DNA of 64,000 nt from Takakia lepidozioides (lineage: Eukaryota; Plantae; Bryophyta), in NCBI GenBank assembly GCA_030704615.1, contig CM060734.1, positions 28,892,001 to 28,956,000 of the forward strand, given 5' to 3'. The number at the start of each line of letters is the position of its first letter. Positions within the stretch are counted from its first letter, which is position 1. The notes beneath the pieces were generated by a model. The model was not told where the DNA came from, did not search any database, and was given only the letters and a program-made list of their open reading frames with translations. Of the stretch, positions 61,202 through 64,000 are shown in pieces. The translations under genes and the position numbers were made by a program.

Positions 61202-64000
61202 CAACGACACAATGGCGTGAGCCTTGCGCGTGAGCGTATGCTCACGCAGGAGTGACATGGCGTGAGCGTGCACCCACGCTGACGTGGCATGAGCGTGATG
61301 TCAGCAGGCTGATATGGCGACAAATGCTGACGTGGCACTGCGCCGTCATCCGCCACGTCAGCATGAACATGCGCCGCCTATAACCGAGGATGGTCCTATG
61401 ACCGTGGGATTAATGCAAGGAATCCTTGGCTGAATACAATCAAGACTACCATGAGGCCTACAATTGTAGCATCCAACATTGTGCAATTACAAATGTTTGT
61501 TTCACTTTTACAATTACAAGGACGAGAAAATATCCTCACAAAGTGTGCGCCATAGAGGGTGCCACGGGAAGACCTTGTTCCCTCCCCAAATAACAATGAG
61601 AGTTAGGATCATCTTCAAAAGATGATTGCAGTGCACAGCGACAGGAAAACATGTAGAAACCCTAAGGTGCAATGATGCATGTGATTTTAAAAGTTGCCAC
61701 TCAGAGCTCACTTAGTATAGTTGGAAGCATAATGGAGGGATAAGGGACGCCATATCATTGCACCGCCGACGATGTTGCAAACGAATTGATTTGAATTGAA
61801 TTTCCATGACAATGTTGCAAATTGCACATTTCATAGCATGGTCGTCCACATACCACATTGCATAGTTGATGCTACCTATGTATTGTATCCCGCTGCAATA
61901 GAGTATCGACCTCGTTGAAACTCAAAGTGGCCTGGTGAACGAAGTTGTCACGTTTGGGATCGCAAACCATCGTCTTCAAAAATATGAAATACAAATGTTT
62001 GCAGGGTATGAATTTACCTCTCTTGCCCAAACTGGTTGATAGCATATTCACAAAATCAGGACATGTGCAATTGGGGAAATTGGATACCGTGATGCCCTGT
62101 CATGAACAGCAGATGTCGAAGTGATCATTGTGTACACCCGACCATATCCTGGATCGGGCACTTCCGTGGTGCTTGCAACACGAGCTTGGAGCATTCTTGC
62201 GGACTCCACTTTGCCGAAGTGTTCAGTGGTTGGAGGGAAACGCCGAACCAGTTTTTCATCTCGTTTGGTTGGCCACAAGTGAGGATTTGTCGGAGGGACC
62301 CGAGAGGACGCAGAAGTAGAAGCACATGCATGCAGTTGGGGTTGTCTCGAAAAAGAAAAGCCTGCCTCCTCCAGTATTGCAATCTCCTGACTTGTGAGAT
62401 GTGTTCCCACCTTGACGGGCCAAACGGTTAGAGGAGCTGGCTTCATCACCACGGAAGGACGCATAGTTCCATGCACACATCTACCACAATCGTCTGCACA
62501 GAACCAGAACTTGTGGTTCTTGGCTTCTGGTTGGCCGTGTGGACGCATCAAACCCGTGAAAGTCGGAGCAGGAGACCGGGCATCGCCTCTGGATATAGAT
62601 GAAGTGCACTTTTCGAAATTAGTTGCCCTGATCGCTGTACATTTCACACGAGACCCTGCACTTGTGCGTTCTATGTGCCAAACGTGGTCGGGGCATGCGG
62701 ACTCCAGCACATCAAGGGGGTAGTTTCTCTCCTGCACCATTTCAGTGGCACTGTTTGATGCTGGAGTCTGCCGTCGTGTCGGAGGTTCCTCCAGAATGGA
62801 GGTTCCGGACAGGATCTGTCATGCAGGGGAACACGAGGCTTTGAGAAGTTATCACGGTCTGCCCTGTGCGAATCGGAATCCGAACCAGGTGGGGTGTTCA
62901 ATTTCCTCTTACAGGAGCCGAATCTCTCCTCCCCTTCAAGATGTGGAACTCTAGAAACAAGTGGCGTTCCCTGGGCATACATGCTCACCGCCCGTGCTAT
63001 CTTGCTTGGATCCCCAGATCTGCTTGCAGCACGCAACATCAACTCCAGTTTGTTCGGACCCTTGCCACCAACCCCACCTCGCAAGAAATCACGGTATCTG
63101 GTTTGTTGTTGTAAGGCACATATCAGATCATCTATTGTTGCCACATACAAATCCCGACCTCGTTTCCCAGACTATTGCAACCATGCGTTGTGCACAGTCT
63201 CTGCCAAATTGCAAGATGGCATGTCCGTCATTTCCTCAATGGACATGTTCTGCAAAGTGGAGAACCACACTTCAGAACAGTGCACAAGGAACAACATAAA
63301 GAAAGCAAGGAGAGCAAAATTTGGAAAGTAAATATATGAATAAAGCAAGCAATAGAAGCCTCGTACCATTGTCATGGCTGATCCTCACTGTCTGTACCGG
63401 AAGTGCCAAAACGCCAGCCAATCTTCCAATGCTCTCATACTCTCAAGCTATGCAGCTCCAGAAGAGAACCACCAGGCATGAATTGTCTGGAACAAAGTGT
63501 CCGCCTCCTTCATTGTTCTAGCATCTTTGTACTCTTTGCACAATTTACAGTGTTGTGTCTGCATCTCTGGTTTGATGTCCAACTTTGTATGTTTCTCCAG
63601 AGATTGTGTCCAATGGAATAGACATGTACGCTCTCTTCCCAACATTGGCACTTTTGGGTTGCCTGATCCGAAGACAATTCGAACAGCATTGAAATTCGCC
63701 TAAGCACTATAACCAGTGAAATTTGGAGATGGCACCCCATGGCAGCCCATAACACGTATCAGGGAATTCCACATGAGTTTATGGGATTCCGTATCCTCGG
63801 ATTGCATGTCACAAACTACAATTGTCATAACTCATTGGTACACTGGATCATAAACATGGCAAGCCATTGTCGTCCAATCTTTCACTCGTTTCACATGATC
63901 AAACATAAGAAAACAATTTTGCAGGTCCCCACTCTTCTGCATCCGCTTCACGAGGCTAACCTCACTGCCCTCCCCAGCAGTCGACGTTTTGAAAAGAAAT
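61202..64000 (-). mobile_element. Mutator-like element copy 3 (diverged relative; transposase 61872-64000 continues beyond the window)
   Basis: FDHVKRVKDWTTMACHVY, MTIVVCDMQSED, ERTCLFHW, MPSCNLAETVHNAW, SWIM CTCPDF...PCKHLYFIF; subterminal GTGAGCG/CATGAGCG repeats. Confidence 0.88.

Overview
Eukaryotic nuclear DNA from a land plant, most likely a moss: it has GT-AG introns, a moss-type ERECTA-like kinase and PLS/DYW PPR fragments. The window is a nested transposon graveyard around two host genes, and both look disabled. The first is a 27-exon ERECTA-family LRR receptor kinase (10236-20711, +) with an in-frame TGA, a +1 frameshift and a 1.15-kb insertion splitting one LRR exon. The second is an At3g54000-like gene (54588-57183, -) with apparent frameshifts. 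Mobile DNA includes two related L1-type LINEs, a TTAA-flanked piggyBac-like element, a 2.2-kb foldback with ~600-bp arms, two CACTA ends, a MITE with an 8-bp TSD, a PIF/Harbinger and two pieces of a Gypsy family with a large 3' extra ORF. There are also three Mutator-like (GCM-type zinc domain/DDE/SWIM) copies, one carrying ~30 copies of a 30-bp palindrome. The most striking item is a Gypsy-type LTR retrotransposon remnant (44815-48493) whose pol encodes a C5 DNA cytosine methyltransferase upstream of RT and a PHD finger fused to the integrase. All calls come from reading motifs by eye; no database searches were run.
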